Positions 1-23,179 are shown, counted from the first letter of the stretch. The stretch: DNA of 64,000 nucleotides from the human T2T-CHM13v2.0 reference genome, Homo sapiens (GCF_009914755.1 NC_060926.1); one strand, 5' to 3'. Translations and numbers: made by a program. Notes: generated by a model not told the origin, from the letters alone.

Positions 1-822
1 GATACTTTTCAATACATATGCAGCCAAAGTTGCTGAAAAATACCATATGTTGGTCAGTTTCTAGCTTTTTATGCAGCTCTAAACATAATTTTATTAGTAG
101 AAATTTGGATCCATCAGAAAATGACTGAAAATGAACTGAGAGACACAAAATTATGCATCTTAACCATTATATTAGTATTATGTGTTCATACACATGGCAA
201 ATATTTATATGAACATGGATAAATAATGCATAATTTATGAATGAAGTCTGATGTTAATATAATTCCTCCTTTAAAATGTCAAACCTGTTCATACTTTCCC
301 ACCTACACTGCCATGGTTATTCCTCACCTTGACAAGCAGGAGAGGGCAGGGAGAGGAGGCTAGGAGGGAGGAAACAGGCAGAAGGAGACGCCGCAGGAGC
401 ATGCAGTATGCGGGTGAGTGTCCCCAGCCGTACTGGGGCAAGGATGGACTGGTGGCGGGGGATGAAGGGCAGTAGGAGCAGAAAGAAGGAAGAGGGCTGC
501 ACAGGCAAGGCACTGATGGGGCAAATGAGGCGGTGAGGTTTAGTATCGAGAGCATCACAGCCACAGAGGAGAGGAAATGCAATGAAGATGTGGGTGTGTT
601 GTCCTGGGAAGCTCACGCCTCCTCATGAGGGTGCTACCAATTCTTGTGAGAATCAGATCAGCTGAAGCATACAGAGCACTCTCTCTGCTGAACAGCGGGA
701 GCTCAGTTCCTGTTGTTTCCCTCTCTCATCTCTCCCAGTTCTTTCTGATAAACCTTGAGCTGCTCCTCCTTGTAAATTAGAACCTCCAACTTTCTAAGTT
801 GGAAGGGGACTGAAAGGCTATT

Positions 823-1120
823 TTGGTAGACACAATTCTAAGACAGTCCCCCAGATTCTGTCCCCTGGAGTCCACTCCTGTACAATCTCCTCCCATTGAG
901 GGGGGCCTGGACTTCTGAATATATTGGGATGTCATTTCCCTAATTAGATAACCTTACATGGCAATGCTGGAGGTGGCAGGGGTGGGGGGTGGTTGCAGAT
1001 ATATTTAAGGTCTATAGTATTCTGACTGTGATATAATCAAGAGGTATATTTTGTCTAATTAGAAGAGTCCTTTTGAAGAGAGTCTATGGGTCAGAAATGA
1101 AGGAAGTCTGAGAGACATTC
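823..1120 (+). mobile_element. MaLR LTR fragment (MLT1-like)
   Basis: Start 'tggtagacacaattctaagac...cccc' and 'ttgcagatatatttaaggtc' resemble recalled MLT1E/F/G consensus; highly diverged. Confidence 0.5.
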
Positions 1121-1373
1121 CTAACACTCAACATAAATCAATTGGTAATTTGAGGTTTCCAGTCATTTGTTTCACATAAATAGAACTAACAGAGGTATCT
1201 AGACTCCTCTGCCCTGTTCCCTGGATCCTAGTCCTAGTTTTAACCAGTTACTAAATCCTTGTCAACAAAGGATCATCCAGCCTGTTCCTAAACAATCCCA
1301 ATGTAGGGACCTGACTGACACCTAAGGTAGATTAATTTGGTTTTATAAATAGGGTTAATAATTATAGTAGTGG

Positions 1374-1662
1374 GGCCGGGTGCAGTGGCTCACTCCAATA
1401 ATCCCAGCACTTTGGGAGGCCGAGGAGGGCAGATCACGAGGTCAGGAGTTCGAGACAAGCCTGGCTAACATGGTGAAACCCCGTCTCTACTAAAAGTACC
1501 AAAATTAGTAGGGCATAGTGGTGCACGCCTGTAATCCCAGCTACTCAGTAGGCTGAGGCAGAAGAATCACTTGAATTCGGGAGGTGGAGGTTGCAGTGAG
1601 ACGAGATCACGCCAGTGCACTCCAGCCTGGGTGACAGAACAAGACTCTGACTCGAAAAAAAA

Positions 1663-1664
<2 letters not shown>
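1374..1664 (+). mobile_element. Alu (AluS-type) followed by (ATT)n
   Basis: Full dimer GGCCGGGTGCAGTGGCTCA...; TSD attatagtagtg on both sides. Confidence 0.95.
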
Positions 1665-1693
<29 letters not shown>

Positions 1694-2608
1694 AGTGATT
1701 CTTTTTACCTGTTCAGCACTAAGTAGATGCCAGCTACCATGCGAAGTCCTTGATCTTATCAAATTTTTACAATAGCCTCATGTGGACAAGAGAGAAGGGC
1801 AGGGTAGCTAGGTGAGAATCAACCATTTAGTTCAACCTCATTCAGTTGTGAGGAATCTCAGGCCCAGATATGTTAAGCTTGGGGGTTACAAAGCTCCCTG
1901 CTGCTGTTTTCAACCATTAGCATAACCCAGAACACCTAGATGTTTCCTCTATTTTCTATGAACTCAGCAAAAGTATCCTTGACCCACACAATCTCCTATG
2001 GTTGTGCTTGTATGCACTACTCTTGTGCTGTGACCAGAATTCAGTTCACAGCAGCCTTTCATGTTGTCACAGTGTTAACTTAGCACATCTTCAACACCAC
2101 CAGCCTGTGATGTACTTTAGAGAATTGTACATTTCTGGCTATATATGATTTAAACACAGTCAAACATCTATCATACTGAAAATTCAAAATTCATAAATCT
2201 ATAAAATGCTTTAGAGGCTCAGAAAAGAAGTGAGCTGGCATTGAGAACTTTTCATATATTTGAGTTTGTCATTTTAATTAAGTTTTGAATGACTGTAATA
2301 CTCATTATTATCCAAACAGGTTTTAAAGGGACTCTTGTATGACATCAGTTTTTTCTGGAGATAAGCTAACAAATGGTGTGACATGCTATGAAACAGGTTT
2401 TATTGTTAAGGGAAGAAATATATATTCAGCAAAGCATATGTGTTGTCCATAAAACATACCACATTATGTGACCTTGTCAGTAGTTAAAAATCAAGTCAAG
2501 TTCCATCCAACCCTAACATTCATTAGGCTAAATTTCTTAAAAACAATTGTATCATATTAAATAATAATTGTAATTATTTCTCAAACTTTCTAATCTTGCA
2601 CCTATTAG

Positions 2609-2937
<329 letters not shown>

Positions 2938-3397
2938 AGAACAGTTCTTAAAGGATGCCTCTACTCCTCTATTTGTCTATGGGTTTATTACCTTATATTA
3001 AAGCATCTTAGAGACTTTTCAGGACAATACACATGGCTTTTACCATCACTGGAAAGTATTTCTTGCAAATACTTGATAACTTTAACAAAGTGATCTTCCC
3101 TGTTTCAGCTGACACTAAAGACACACTCATCCTCCGATGAAGCCGCACACATCAGCTAGCAAGAGTATCAGTGTTTCCACCGTGGAGGTTCGATTCAGTT
3201 GCTCTGAACGCTGGTCATACCAAATATACCTCTCTCTGCTCTCCACTGAAAGAAACTCAGCTGGGTGTTCATTCCAAAGTTAGGTTTCTATACTTCTTTG
3301 GAACAAATCATCTGAGTTGTGTAGTAAAGAGAAGTCATAATGCAATTCATAGACATATGAATAAAATGCTAAAGGTTTCACAAATGCTAAATTGTAG

Positions 3398-3896
<499 letters not shown>

Positions 3897-4052
3897 TTAC
3901 AATATAAATACTCTTTTAAAGGTAAGGCGGGCTAAGCAATTTTTACACCTAGAAAATGAAAAACCAAAATGTTTTATTTTCCATGGAAAGGTAACTTGTA
4001 ATCAGTCCACTGAAAGTATATTGGTTAGTGTTGTTTATTTGGCTTAGACTTA

Positions 4053-4390
<338 letters not shown>

Positions 4391-4635
4391 TTAAAAAATT
4401 TAAAATTCCTTTAGCTTAATATTTTTTTCCGACAATCTCCTTCAACTTAAGTTTAATGGAAATTTAGGACCCTGTAAGAAGTAGTTTGATGGAAATGCAA
4501 GACCATGGCATTCTAACCTTGATGTTAAACAACTGGGTTGAGAATGACAGGAACAAAAGTTAGTTTACCTTAGACAGTACATTCAAATTACTACCAAACT
4601 GAACCAAAAGTTTAGTGTGTAGGTATTATTAATGA

Positions 4636-4903
4636 TTTTTTTTTTTTGAGACAGGGTTTTGCTCTTTTTGCCCAGGCTCAATCAAGTGCAATGGCGCAAT
4701 CTTGGCTCACTGCAACCTCCGCCACCCCAGTTCTCCTGCCTCAGCCTCCGGAGTAACTGGAATTACAGGCACCCATCATCACGCCCAGCTAATTTTATAT
4801 TTTTAGTAGAGACGGGATTTCACCAGGCTGGCCAGGCTCGAACTCCTGACCTCAGGAGATCTGCCCACCTCGGCCCCGCAAAGTGCTGGGATTACAGGCG
4901 TTA
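4636..4903 (-). mobile_element. Alu
   Basis: Reverse Alu, flanked by ttaatgat repeats. Confidence 0.9.
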
Positions 4904-5331
4904 AGCCTGTTAATGATCTTATAGGGCAAAGTCGTCCTTGAACATCAGGCATATTTAAAAAAACACTTTTTAGAGTCGTTGATTTGAATCATTTTGAAAG
5001 GAAAACTAATTTTATACCTCAAAACGAATTTAGATTATGTCTAGTCATAATTATTTTATAGTCATAAATGTCTGTTTTCTAAATCTGGGGATCTTGCTCA
5101 GTGTAATAAAATATTCATTTTTGTACCTATTAGATTCACTTAACTACTAAAGCTGGTATTTTTTATTACCTCATATGCTGATAAGATAATGAATATTTTC
5201 TTAATAAATGTTCAGTAATATTGGGAAGATCATGGTGCTATATGAATCATGTTTCATATATAAAGAAATCAAGGATAAGAAAGGCATATAGATATATTAT
5301 TTGCGCTATGTTACTAAGAATGGATATCATC

Positions 5332-5741
5332 TGTCTCAGCCCATCTGGGTTGCCATAAAAGAATACCTGAGACTAGATAGTTTATAAAGAAAAATGATTT
5401 ATTTGGCTCACAATTCTGTTGGCTGAAAGATTGGGCATGTGGTGAGGGCCTCTGGCTGCCTCCACTCATGGAGAAAGACAAAGGGGAGTTGGCATGCAGA
5501 AATCGCATGGCGAGAGAGGAAGCAAGAGAGAGAGGAGGAGGTACCAGGCTCCTTTAACAACCAGCTCTCATGGGAACTAACAGAGCAAGAATTCACTCAT
5601 AAATCCCCCGCCAGGGAGGGCATTAATCTACTCATGAGGGAGCCAACCCCATGATCCAAACACCTCCCATTAGGCCCCACCTCCAACACTGGGTATTAAA
5701 TTTTAACATGAGGTTCAGGGGCCAACATCTAAACCATAGCA
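5332..5741 (+). mobile_element. MaLR solo LTR (MSTB-like)
   Basis: TG...CA termini, 5-bp TSD tcatc (5327-5331 and 5742-5746), MST-type 'tttatttggctcacaattctg' and 'aaaccatagca' motifs. Confidence 0.85.
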
Positions 5742-6149
5742 TCATCTGTTGTGTATAACAAAAAAAAAAAATGAAGAATATTTGTGGAAACATCACTTAA
5801 GTCTATGCGAGATTTCACAAATACCTTGCCATTCCTAGAAGTCGAAATGACTTTTTTATAATTTTGGATTGGCACATTTATAAACATTTTCCAAATACAG
5901 TGTCACCACCTATAACAGTGGTTTGATTTAGTATCTCTTTAGATCTTTCTACATGTTTACAGGAGAGTTTTGGAAAATTAGTTCATTTGTTCTAATTCTT
6001 TATACATTTATTGGAATGTAATAGAAACTAATTAGCTGGTATGTTTAATGTAGATTTCAGAATTGTCAATCAAATGTGCTGTGCTCATTACTCAACTATT
6101 GAAGCCAGAACTTTTTCTCAATATCTTTACCTTTTTTTCAAGCATTTCA

Positions 6150-12090
<5,941 letters not shown>

Positions 12091-12093
12091 CTT

Positions 12094-12390
12094 GGCCGGG
12101 CGCAGTGGCTCACGCCTGTAATCACAGCACTTTGGGAGGCCGAGGCAGGCGGATCATGAGGTCAAGAGATTGAGACCATCCTGGCCAACATGGTGAAAAC
12201 CTGTCTCTACTAAAAATACAGAAATTAGCTGGGCATGGTGGCCTGCGCCTGTAGTCCCGGAGCTACTTGGGAGGCTGAGGCTTGAACTCAGAAGGCGGAG
12301 ACTGCAGTGAGCCGAGATCATGCCACTGCACTCCAGCCTGGCGACAGAGTGAGACTCCATCTCAAAATAAAAAAGAAAAGAAAAGAAAAT
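12094..12390 (+). mobile_element. Alu (AluSc-like)
   Basis: Alu dimer with A-rich tail. Confidence 0.93.
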
Positions 12391-12459
12391 GTTATGCCCC
12401 ATGTAACAGCAGAGTAACAGAGTAACATAAAATAAAATTACATTTTATAACAAAAAAAA

Positions 12460-14822
<2,363 letters not shown>

Positions 14823-14823
14823 G

Positions 14824-15513
14824 CTTTCTGCCTCCGCTGCTGCCATGGTGCCCGTGAGAAAGCTTGTGGAGAAGGTGGGCAAAAAAAAAAGCAGGTTCTG
14901 AGGTTCACTCTTGGTTGCACCCACCCCATAGAAGATGGAATCGTGGATGCTGCCAATTTTGAGCAGTTTTTGCAAGAAAGGATCAAAGTGAACGGAAAAG
15001 CTGGGAACCTTGGCGAAGGGGTGGTGACCGTCAAAAGGAGCAAGAGCAAGATCACCGTGACATCCAAGGTGCATTTTTCCAAAAGGTATTTGAAATATCT
15101 CACCAAAAAATATTTGAAGAAGAATAATCTTCATGATTGGTTTGTGCATAGTTGCTAACAGCAAAGAGAGTTACAAATTACGTTCCTTCCAAATTAACCA
15201 GGACGAAGAAGAGGAGGAAGACGAGGATTAAATTTCGTTTGTCTGGAATATTTTGTATGCGTTCTTGAATAAAACTTGGGAACCAAAATGGTGGTTTATC
15301 CTTGTATCTCTGCAGTATTGATTGAAGAGAAAATTGGAAATCATAGTCAAAGGGCTTCCTTTGGGCCTCCACTCACTTATTTGTAACATGACTTCTTTTT
15401 TTTTTTTCAGCTTGAAAATGTCAATTCTTGTGGTAATACTAGAGTAGGAGAAGGTGACTTGACGGAACTGACAGCCATTGGGCAGGCACTTGAGGGTGTG
15501 GAGGTGTGGGCTG
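14824..15513 (+). pseudogene. Processed pseudogene of ribosomal protein RPL22 (eL22)
   Basis: Intronless; pyrimidine 5' leader, ATG 14845, [23 protein letters not shown]...[17 protein letters not shown], acidic C-terminus EEEEEDED then TAA 15229-15231, AATAAA 15268; two frameshifts. Confidence 0.95.
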
Positions 15514-15989
15514 CCCCAGTGGGGAGAGAAGTGCCCTTCATTCTGTTTTCCCTTTTAAACATTTTGAGACCAGTACCTCCCAAATGTGGCTGGACAGTAG
15601 CCAACTGCAGCACAGTCATGGCTTCAGATGTATGGACTCAAGGCTGGAGGCACAGGGTGAAATCTCTGCAGAGACAGCCCTTCATCCTCTTCTGCCGGGA
15701 TACTTCCAAAGCCAGTGGATCAACCTTTGTAAAGCAGACTGCTGTGTTCTGTTGCTGGGCAGCCCTAATTACATTTATTCCTTTTCTAATACCTTTTGAT
15801 TTTCACCCATCCTTCCCATTGAACAAGGTTTTTTCACTTTGTAGCAAAATGCCATCGCTAGATTTCTGTAGAAATGATGCATACATTATAGAAATTCAAA
15901 CAATAATATGAATTTAAACTCACCTTAAATGTTACCATCCAGAAAGAGCTTTTATGAATATTTAGCAAAGATTCTTTTAAAAATCTCTC

Positions 15990-16137
15990 GGCTGGGCGTG
16001 GTGGCTCATGCCTGTAATCCCAGCACTTTGGGAGGCTGAGGCGGGTGGATCACAAAGTCAGGAGTTTGAGACCAGCCTGGCCAACATAGTGAAACTCTGT
16101 CTCCACTAAAAATACAAAAATTAGCTGGGTGTGGCAC
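15990..16137 (+). mobile_element. Alu left arm plus linker (right arm absent)
   Basis: GGCTGGGCGTGGTGGCTCA...TAAAAATACAAAAATTAGCTGGGTGTGG then non-Alu sequence. Confidence 0.9.
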
Positions 16138-16429
16138 CGTGGCTCGCCTCGCTGCGGTTGGTGGTGACGACGACGGAGACTGCAGCACGGCCAGAGTGGT
16201 AGAAAGGCTGTGGGGTAGGTGCACTATCTGGGGCTGCACTGCCCGTGGTGGGGAGTGGGTTGGGGTGCTATCCGGGGCATCACTGTCTGTGTCGGGGGCA
16301 AGAAAAAGAACAATCCAAATGAAAAATGGACAAAGGGTAGAGTTCACAGGCAAGGAAAACACACATAGCTCTTACAAAGTATATTTGGCCTAATTCATGA
16401 CAGAAATGCAAATTAAGACAATAAAGACA

Positions 16430-17707
16430 AAAACAAGCAATGGGGAAAGGATTCCCTATTTAATAAATGGTGCTGGGAAAACTGGCTAGCCATATGTAGA
16501 AAGCTGAAACTTGATCCCTTCCTTACACCTTATACAAAAATTAATTCAAGATGGATTACAGATTTAAATGTTAGACCTAAAACCATAAAAACCCTAGAAA
16601 ACCTAGGCAATACCATTCAGGACACAGGCATGGGCAAGGACTTCATGTCTAAAACGCCAAAAGCAATGGCAACAAAAGCCAAAATTGACAAATGGGATCT
16701 AATTAAACTAAAGAGCTTCTGCACAGCAAAGGAAACTACCATCAGAGTAAACAGGCAACCTACAGAATGGGAGAAAAATTTTGCAATCTACTCATCTGAC
16801 AAAGGGATAATATCTAGAATCTACAAAGAACTTAAACAAATTTACTAGAAAAAAATCAAACCACCCCATCAAAAAGTGGGCAAAGGATATGAACAGACGC
16901 TTCTCAAAAGAAGACATTTATGCAGCCAACAGACACATGAAAAAATGCTCATCATCACTGGCCATCAGAGAAATGCAAATCAAAACCACAGTGAGATACC
17001 ATCTCACACCAGTTAGAATGGTGATCATTAAAAAGTCAGGAACCAACAGGTGCTGGAGAAGATGTGAAGAAATAGGAACACTTTTACACTGTTGGTGGGA
17101 CTGTAAACTAGTTCAACCATTGCAGAAGACAGTGTGGCGATTCCTCAAGGATCTAGAACTAGAAATAACATTTGACCCAGCCATCCCATTACTGGGTATA
17201 TACCCAAAGGATTATAAATCATGCTGCTATAAAGACACATGCACACGTATGTTTATTGTGGCATTATTCACAATAGCAAAGACTTGGAACCAAGCCAAAT
17301 GTCCATCAATGGTAGACTGGATTAAGAAAATGTGGCACATATACACCATGGAATACTATGGAGCCATAAAAAGGGATGAGTTCATGTCCTTTGCAGGGAC
17401 ATGGATGAAGCTGGAAACCATCATTCTGAGCAAACTATTGCAAGGACAGAAAACCAAACACCGCATGTTCTCACTCATAGGTGGGAATTGAACAATGAGA
17501 ACACTTGGACACAGGGTGGGAAATACCACACACTGGGGCCTGCCGTGGGGTGGGAGGAGGGGGGAGGAATAGCGTTAGGAGATATACCTAATGTAAATGA
17601 CGAGTTAACAGGTGCAGCACACCAACGTGGCACATGTATACATACGTAACAAACCTGCACGTTGTGCACATGTACCCTAGAACTTAAAGTATAATTTTTT
17701 AAAAAAA
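16430..17707 (+). mobile_element. L1PA (about PA4-6) 3' end, 5'-truncated, inserted into an older L1M
   Basis: ORF 16889-17491 encodes the ORF2 C-terminal Cys-rich domain ([25 protein letters not shown]); primate L1 3' UTR; short TSD aaagaca; host L1M resumes at about 17712. Confidence 0.93.
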
Positions 17708-18482
17708 GACATATTTTTTCATCAATCAGATTGGCAAAAGTCAAAGAGAGCCTGATCTGTCCTAATGAGAGCGTGGAGAACAAAGACACTTATAGATGGC
17801 TGATACAACTCCCATGGGAGGCTATTTGCAGATATTAATACAAAATTTTAAACGCACTCACCTTTGACCCAGCAATTTCACTTCTAGGCATTTGTATGAC
17901 AGATATATCACATAACCAACTAATACGCGACTGTTGAAAAGCATGAGGTCATTCCATATGTAGTTATATTCTCTGTTGCCACACATTAAGTAAAAAAAGC
18001 AGAATTATGCTAGTTGCTTCAAAAATACAGTATATAGAAATATGCATTACATTCTTTTTGGAAAGATTCATAAAAAATGGGGTGTGATTGCCTCTGGAAT
18101 GGGCAACACGATGGCTGATAATGGTAGGAGGAAGCAATTCACTCTGTCCTGAACTGTGCATAACCTGGGATTTGTTTTCATTGTAATGCTAAGGGAACAA
18201 GGGAAGGAGGGATGGAGGAAGGAAGGTCAGTCCAGGCTAGAAGGCCCTTCCAGCTCTGAAAGTCAACAAATGCCAAGTTGTCTGCTATAATTTTAGAGAT
18301 GGTTAGTTAATGATCTATATAGCTTATAAGAAAGACTTTAAGATCAGAGATTTTCCTTTGGTACTTTTAAAAAATAAACAGGCTTAGGATTTGTACTTCG
18401 TAGAGAGCAATGAAGAACAGGTACAATAAAGGACAGGCAAGCTTTATTCATAAAAACTTGAAGTCCCTTGGAAATGTTAGGG

Positions 18483-18484
<2 letters not shown>

Positions 18485-18532
<48 letters not shown>
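18485..18532. repeat. (GT)n microsatellite
   Basis: About 24 GT units, just past the BUB1 3' end. Confidence 0.98.
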
Positions 18533-18534
<2 letters not shown>

Positions 18535-18765
18535 ACACAGACACCAAACTTCAAATTTGGAAAATAGCTGTCTTGGCCCTTTTTTGGCTTAAACAGGTCA
18601 GTGTTTAAAAAGTGATTTCTAGAGAATGCTCATGTCTGAATTATTCTCACAAATGCTTGCATCCCAGAAGCAGCCCAATCAGCCTGCTATATAGGGACCT
18701 TATGGGGTTGTATATTTTGTTGAAATATTTATAACAACTAAGTTACATGGAAATATTCCATGGGA

Positions 18766-18771
18766 TTTATT
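18766..18771 (-). terminator. BUB1: BUB1 polyadenylation signal AATAAA
   Basis: tttatt on +; U-rich tract and UGUA upstream on the mRNA; about 105 nt after the stop. Confidence 0.8.
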
Positions 18772-18874
18772 TTTAACAAACATTTACATAAACAATAAAT
18801 GAAAAAAAAACAGGTTTAAAGTGAGCAGATTCATATTTACAGTGTGATTTTTAAGGACTGTCTATATCCAAATT

Positions 18875-19111
<237 letters not shown>

Positions 19112-20651
19112 TCAATATGCAGGATAACCCCACCCCTGCATCTGACTTCCACAGGCTTGGACAGTTTAGTATAACAACTCTCACCTAAACACAATACAAT
19201 GCAGCAAGTATGGAAACACTATATCTATTATACATGAGAGAGATTAAAGACCCAATTAACTGTCTTATACATCTTGTTCCAAAAAATAAGATAAGTAATC
19301 TTTTAGCAATACTGCAAGTCAAAAAATTTTCTCTCTCTCCCTTTAAATAAAAACCCAAACTATCTGCTTCTGGCTAGCCATACATACAATACTGCTAGAA
19401 TTGGATAATCTGGACAAATGCTTCTGTCAAGCCTAACTGCATATGCACCAGGACCAAGTAGACAGGTTGGACTGCCCAGGAGAGAGCTCAAGAGTTAAGA
19501 GTTCCAACTACTATAATTGTTAAAATTAACTGCAGAAACTCCAGAACATGGAGATAAGGTGTTGGAGAGAAAGTAGAATGCAAAGGAATTGTGCTCCACA
19601 TAGGAAATGCCATCAGGCCTGCTGAGGGTTAACTTCCAGCTCTTCTTCACACTGGTGGTCAGAGATGAAACTATCTGTTCCTTCAATTTTGAGCCAAAGA
19701 TGGAATAAAGTATTTACTAAACATGAGGGCTCATTATGCAGAATAAAGAATAGTTGTTATAAGCTTTCCTCCAGGGCCTGAACCTAACCTTACTTATGTA
19801 CAGTATATGACATTTCATAAAATTATTGCCATTTTTCTTTTTTTTTTGTGGGGGCTGGGGGAGATGAGGTTCACAGATGAGGTTCCTACTCTTACGTTTT
19901 CTCAAGAAGATATAAACATATGTAAAAGTCCATTAGGCTGTACACTTAAGATGAGTGTACTTTTCTGCATGTTTTTATGCCTCAAAAAAGAAAGTATAAG
20001 TGATATAATGAATATGCAGGTACCAAATACTCAGCTTAAACAAAACATTCCAACAGTTTGTTCACACATTGTGTTAGGAGAGCCATCCATGTTGACAGGA
20101 AGAGCTCTTGCCTAATCATGAATTTTCACTGTGATTTATAGATAAAAAAAAATCTTTGAGAAGCCCAAGAAACACAGGGCTAGGACTGTCCTGTGAGAGA
20201 GAGCTATTCATATTACTTTATAATTTATGAAGCACTTTCACATACACTATTTCCTTCGCTTCTTACAAATATCTGACAAAAATAGGATCAGTATTTCCAT
20301 AGACCAAAAAAAAAAAAAAGAAAAAAAAGAAAAAAGAAAAAACCAGTGAGAACCTGAGGTCCAGTGACATTAGGTGATTAGGGGTGGAAACATTTGCGTG
20401 TGTACAGGATGTCAACCATTTGGCCAGGAGCTTTCAGTGAGGACATCAGCTGCCCCAGTGGGGAGAGAGAAGTGGTAAAGCTATGCAGCTTGCTCCCTGT
20501 GCCCAGTGCCCAGGACTGTCCTGTCACCATATTGCCCAAGGCATAGGATTTCCATGCGGTGGCAGAGATCCTTTTTTTTTTTTTGCCAGATGGAACCCAA
20601 CATTCTACTTTAGTTATTCTCTTTTCACTACAGCACCAATGCTAATACTCA

Positions 20652-20759
<108 letters not shown>

Positions 20760-21941
20760 CTATGAAGAAGATAGAGGTATATATGACTTAAATAGTAATT
20801 TACACATGACTATATCAAGATGCCTGTCTAACTTAGGCAGCAAGTTAAATACTCACAGGATTTTACTTTTAAAACATTTTGGAAGGCATTTGTTCAATCG
20901 CCCCACTAACATGTCTTACTGAATATCTAGGCTTTGCCACAGGCTTCCAGTCTCTTGAAAAGCTCTGCCCTCCTGAGCTACCATGTCCCTCTCAAGTCCT
21001 TCATTCTGTCACACAGAGGACAAACACAACACTCTAAGCCCTCTTCCACATAGACAGCTTGGAAGTCCTCCCAGCTCACTCCCCTGGGACTCTGGTCGTA
21101 GTTCTCTAACTCGCCCCCATGGCCTCTTGTTGTGTGATATGTTCATAATTGAAAAGAACACTCCAGCCCCATCCACATCCACAGGATAGAAGATGACCAT
21201 CTCCTAAGGCCTCACTAGCAGTGACAACATACCAGAAACAAGACCCCTCCCCACCCCCACCAAATCTTTGCCCCTTTTACCATGGGCTCCTGGAAAGACA
21301 TAGCTCTCACCAGGGAACTTGGCAGTTGGTTTTGTTAAACCCAGGTTCAAAATATTTCATTTATCCCAATTAGCATTCTCCTCCCTGGTCACCTAATATT
21401 CTAGTTGGTTGAAAATTCAGCAGTCTTCCATTAGAATAATAATGATCCATTTCTTGATCTGGCCAGTTAGGAATCTGGCTGTACCATCTATTACAGTCAA
21501 ACCCACCATCCTGCCTGAGAGCATCCCAGGTATATCCAACATGTGCTCAACTCTGCCTGGAGTGGGCATGCAGGTCTCCCTGTTATCCCTGATTTAGGAA
21601 ATTGGGCTGGCCTACCTTGATCTCAATAAACCAAGCTGTCTCTTTGCTGCATGACTTCCTTTCTGAAGGGTTCACTAATCATTAAATACTCTTCCCTATG
21701 ATCAAACTCACAGAATATATCTGCCCCCCTTTCCTGATAACAGGATCTATAATGGACTAATAAGAAAGCAGAGTATTCTTCAGGAATAGAATTCTATCCC
21801 TGCCATGTTGGCCTTAGGCTCATCTCTCCTTCAACTGCTCCTCAAAAGACCACCTCAAACTACCTAGATCCCCAAATTCATTTTGAAAATCTGATAAGCG
21901 CAACACAGAAAAATATTTCCAAGTCCCTCACTTTAGTTTTA

Positions 21942-22121
<180 letters not shown>

Positions 22122-22201
22122 TTAAACACAAACAAAGCCAGGCTGCATGAGCACAAATGATGAAAGGCTGCTATGGAAATAGGAAGAGAAGAACCCTGTT
22201 A

Positions 22202-22375
<174 letters not shown>

Positions 22376-22432
22376 CTAGGAACAATGGAAAGTGGAATCC
22401 TGAGTTAGTTGCACAAGATTAATAAAATTTCA

Positions 22433-22783
<351 letters not shown>

Positions 22784-22978
22784 CTATCCCAATAAAAGAT
22801 GTGGTGTTGATAGTGATGACAAGCTATGAACTGTTGCTGCAATGTGGGGCTTGCTCCAAGACAATTTTAGTGGGAAAAAAATTCTAAATCTTTTGTAGTT
22901 TTTGTTTTTTAATTGCCAACTGTAGATATAAATAAAAACACCACTATCTTAAAGAAAAAAAATTTCTTGGCAAACTCA

Positions 22979-23146
<168 letters not shown>

Positions 23147-23179
23147 TTAGAAGATAATTGAAAATTTTAATTTATGTAC

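Noticed and set aside
289-616. Overlapping minus-strand ORFs and a + strand GG|gtgagt donor-like site near 412
   Set aside because: Low-complexity purine/pyrimidine-skewed sequence; no recognisable protein and no matching acceptor
3095-3290. Exon-like segment after cttccctgtttcag
   Set aside because: Stops in all + frames and only weak donors; could be a non-coding exon but unsupported from sequence alone
16889-17491. 200-aa ORF, longest in the track
   Set aside because: C-terminal part of L1 ORF2 in a 5'-truncated, non-autonomous copy
20182-20524. 13-nt direct repeat aggactgtcctgt at 20182 and 20512
   Set aside because: Could be a TSD, but the enclosed sequence resembles no retroelement; too short to interpret
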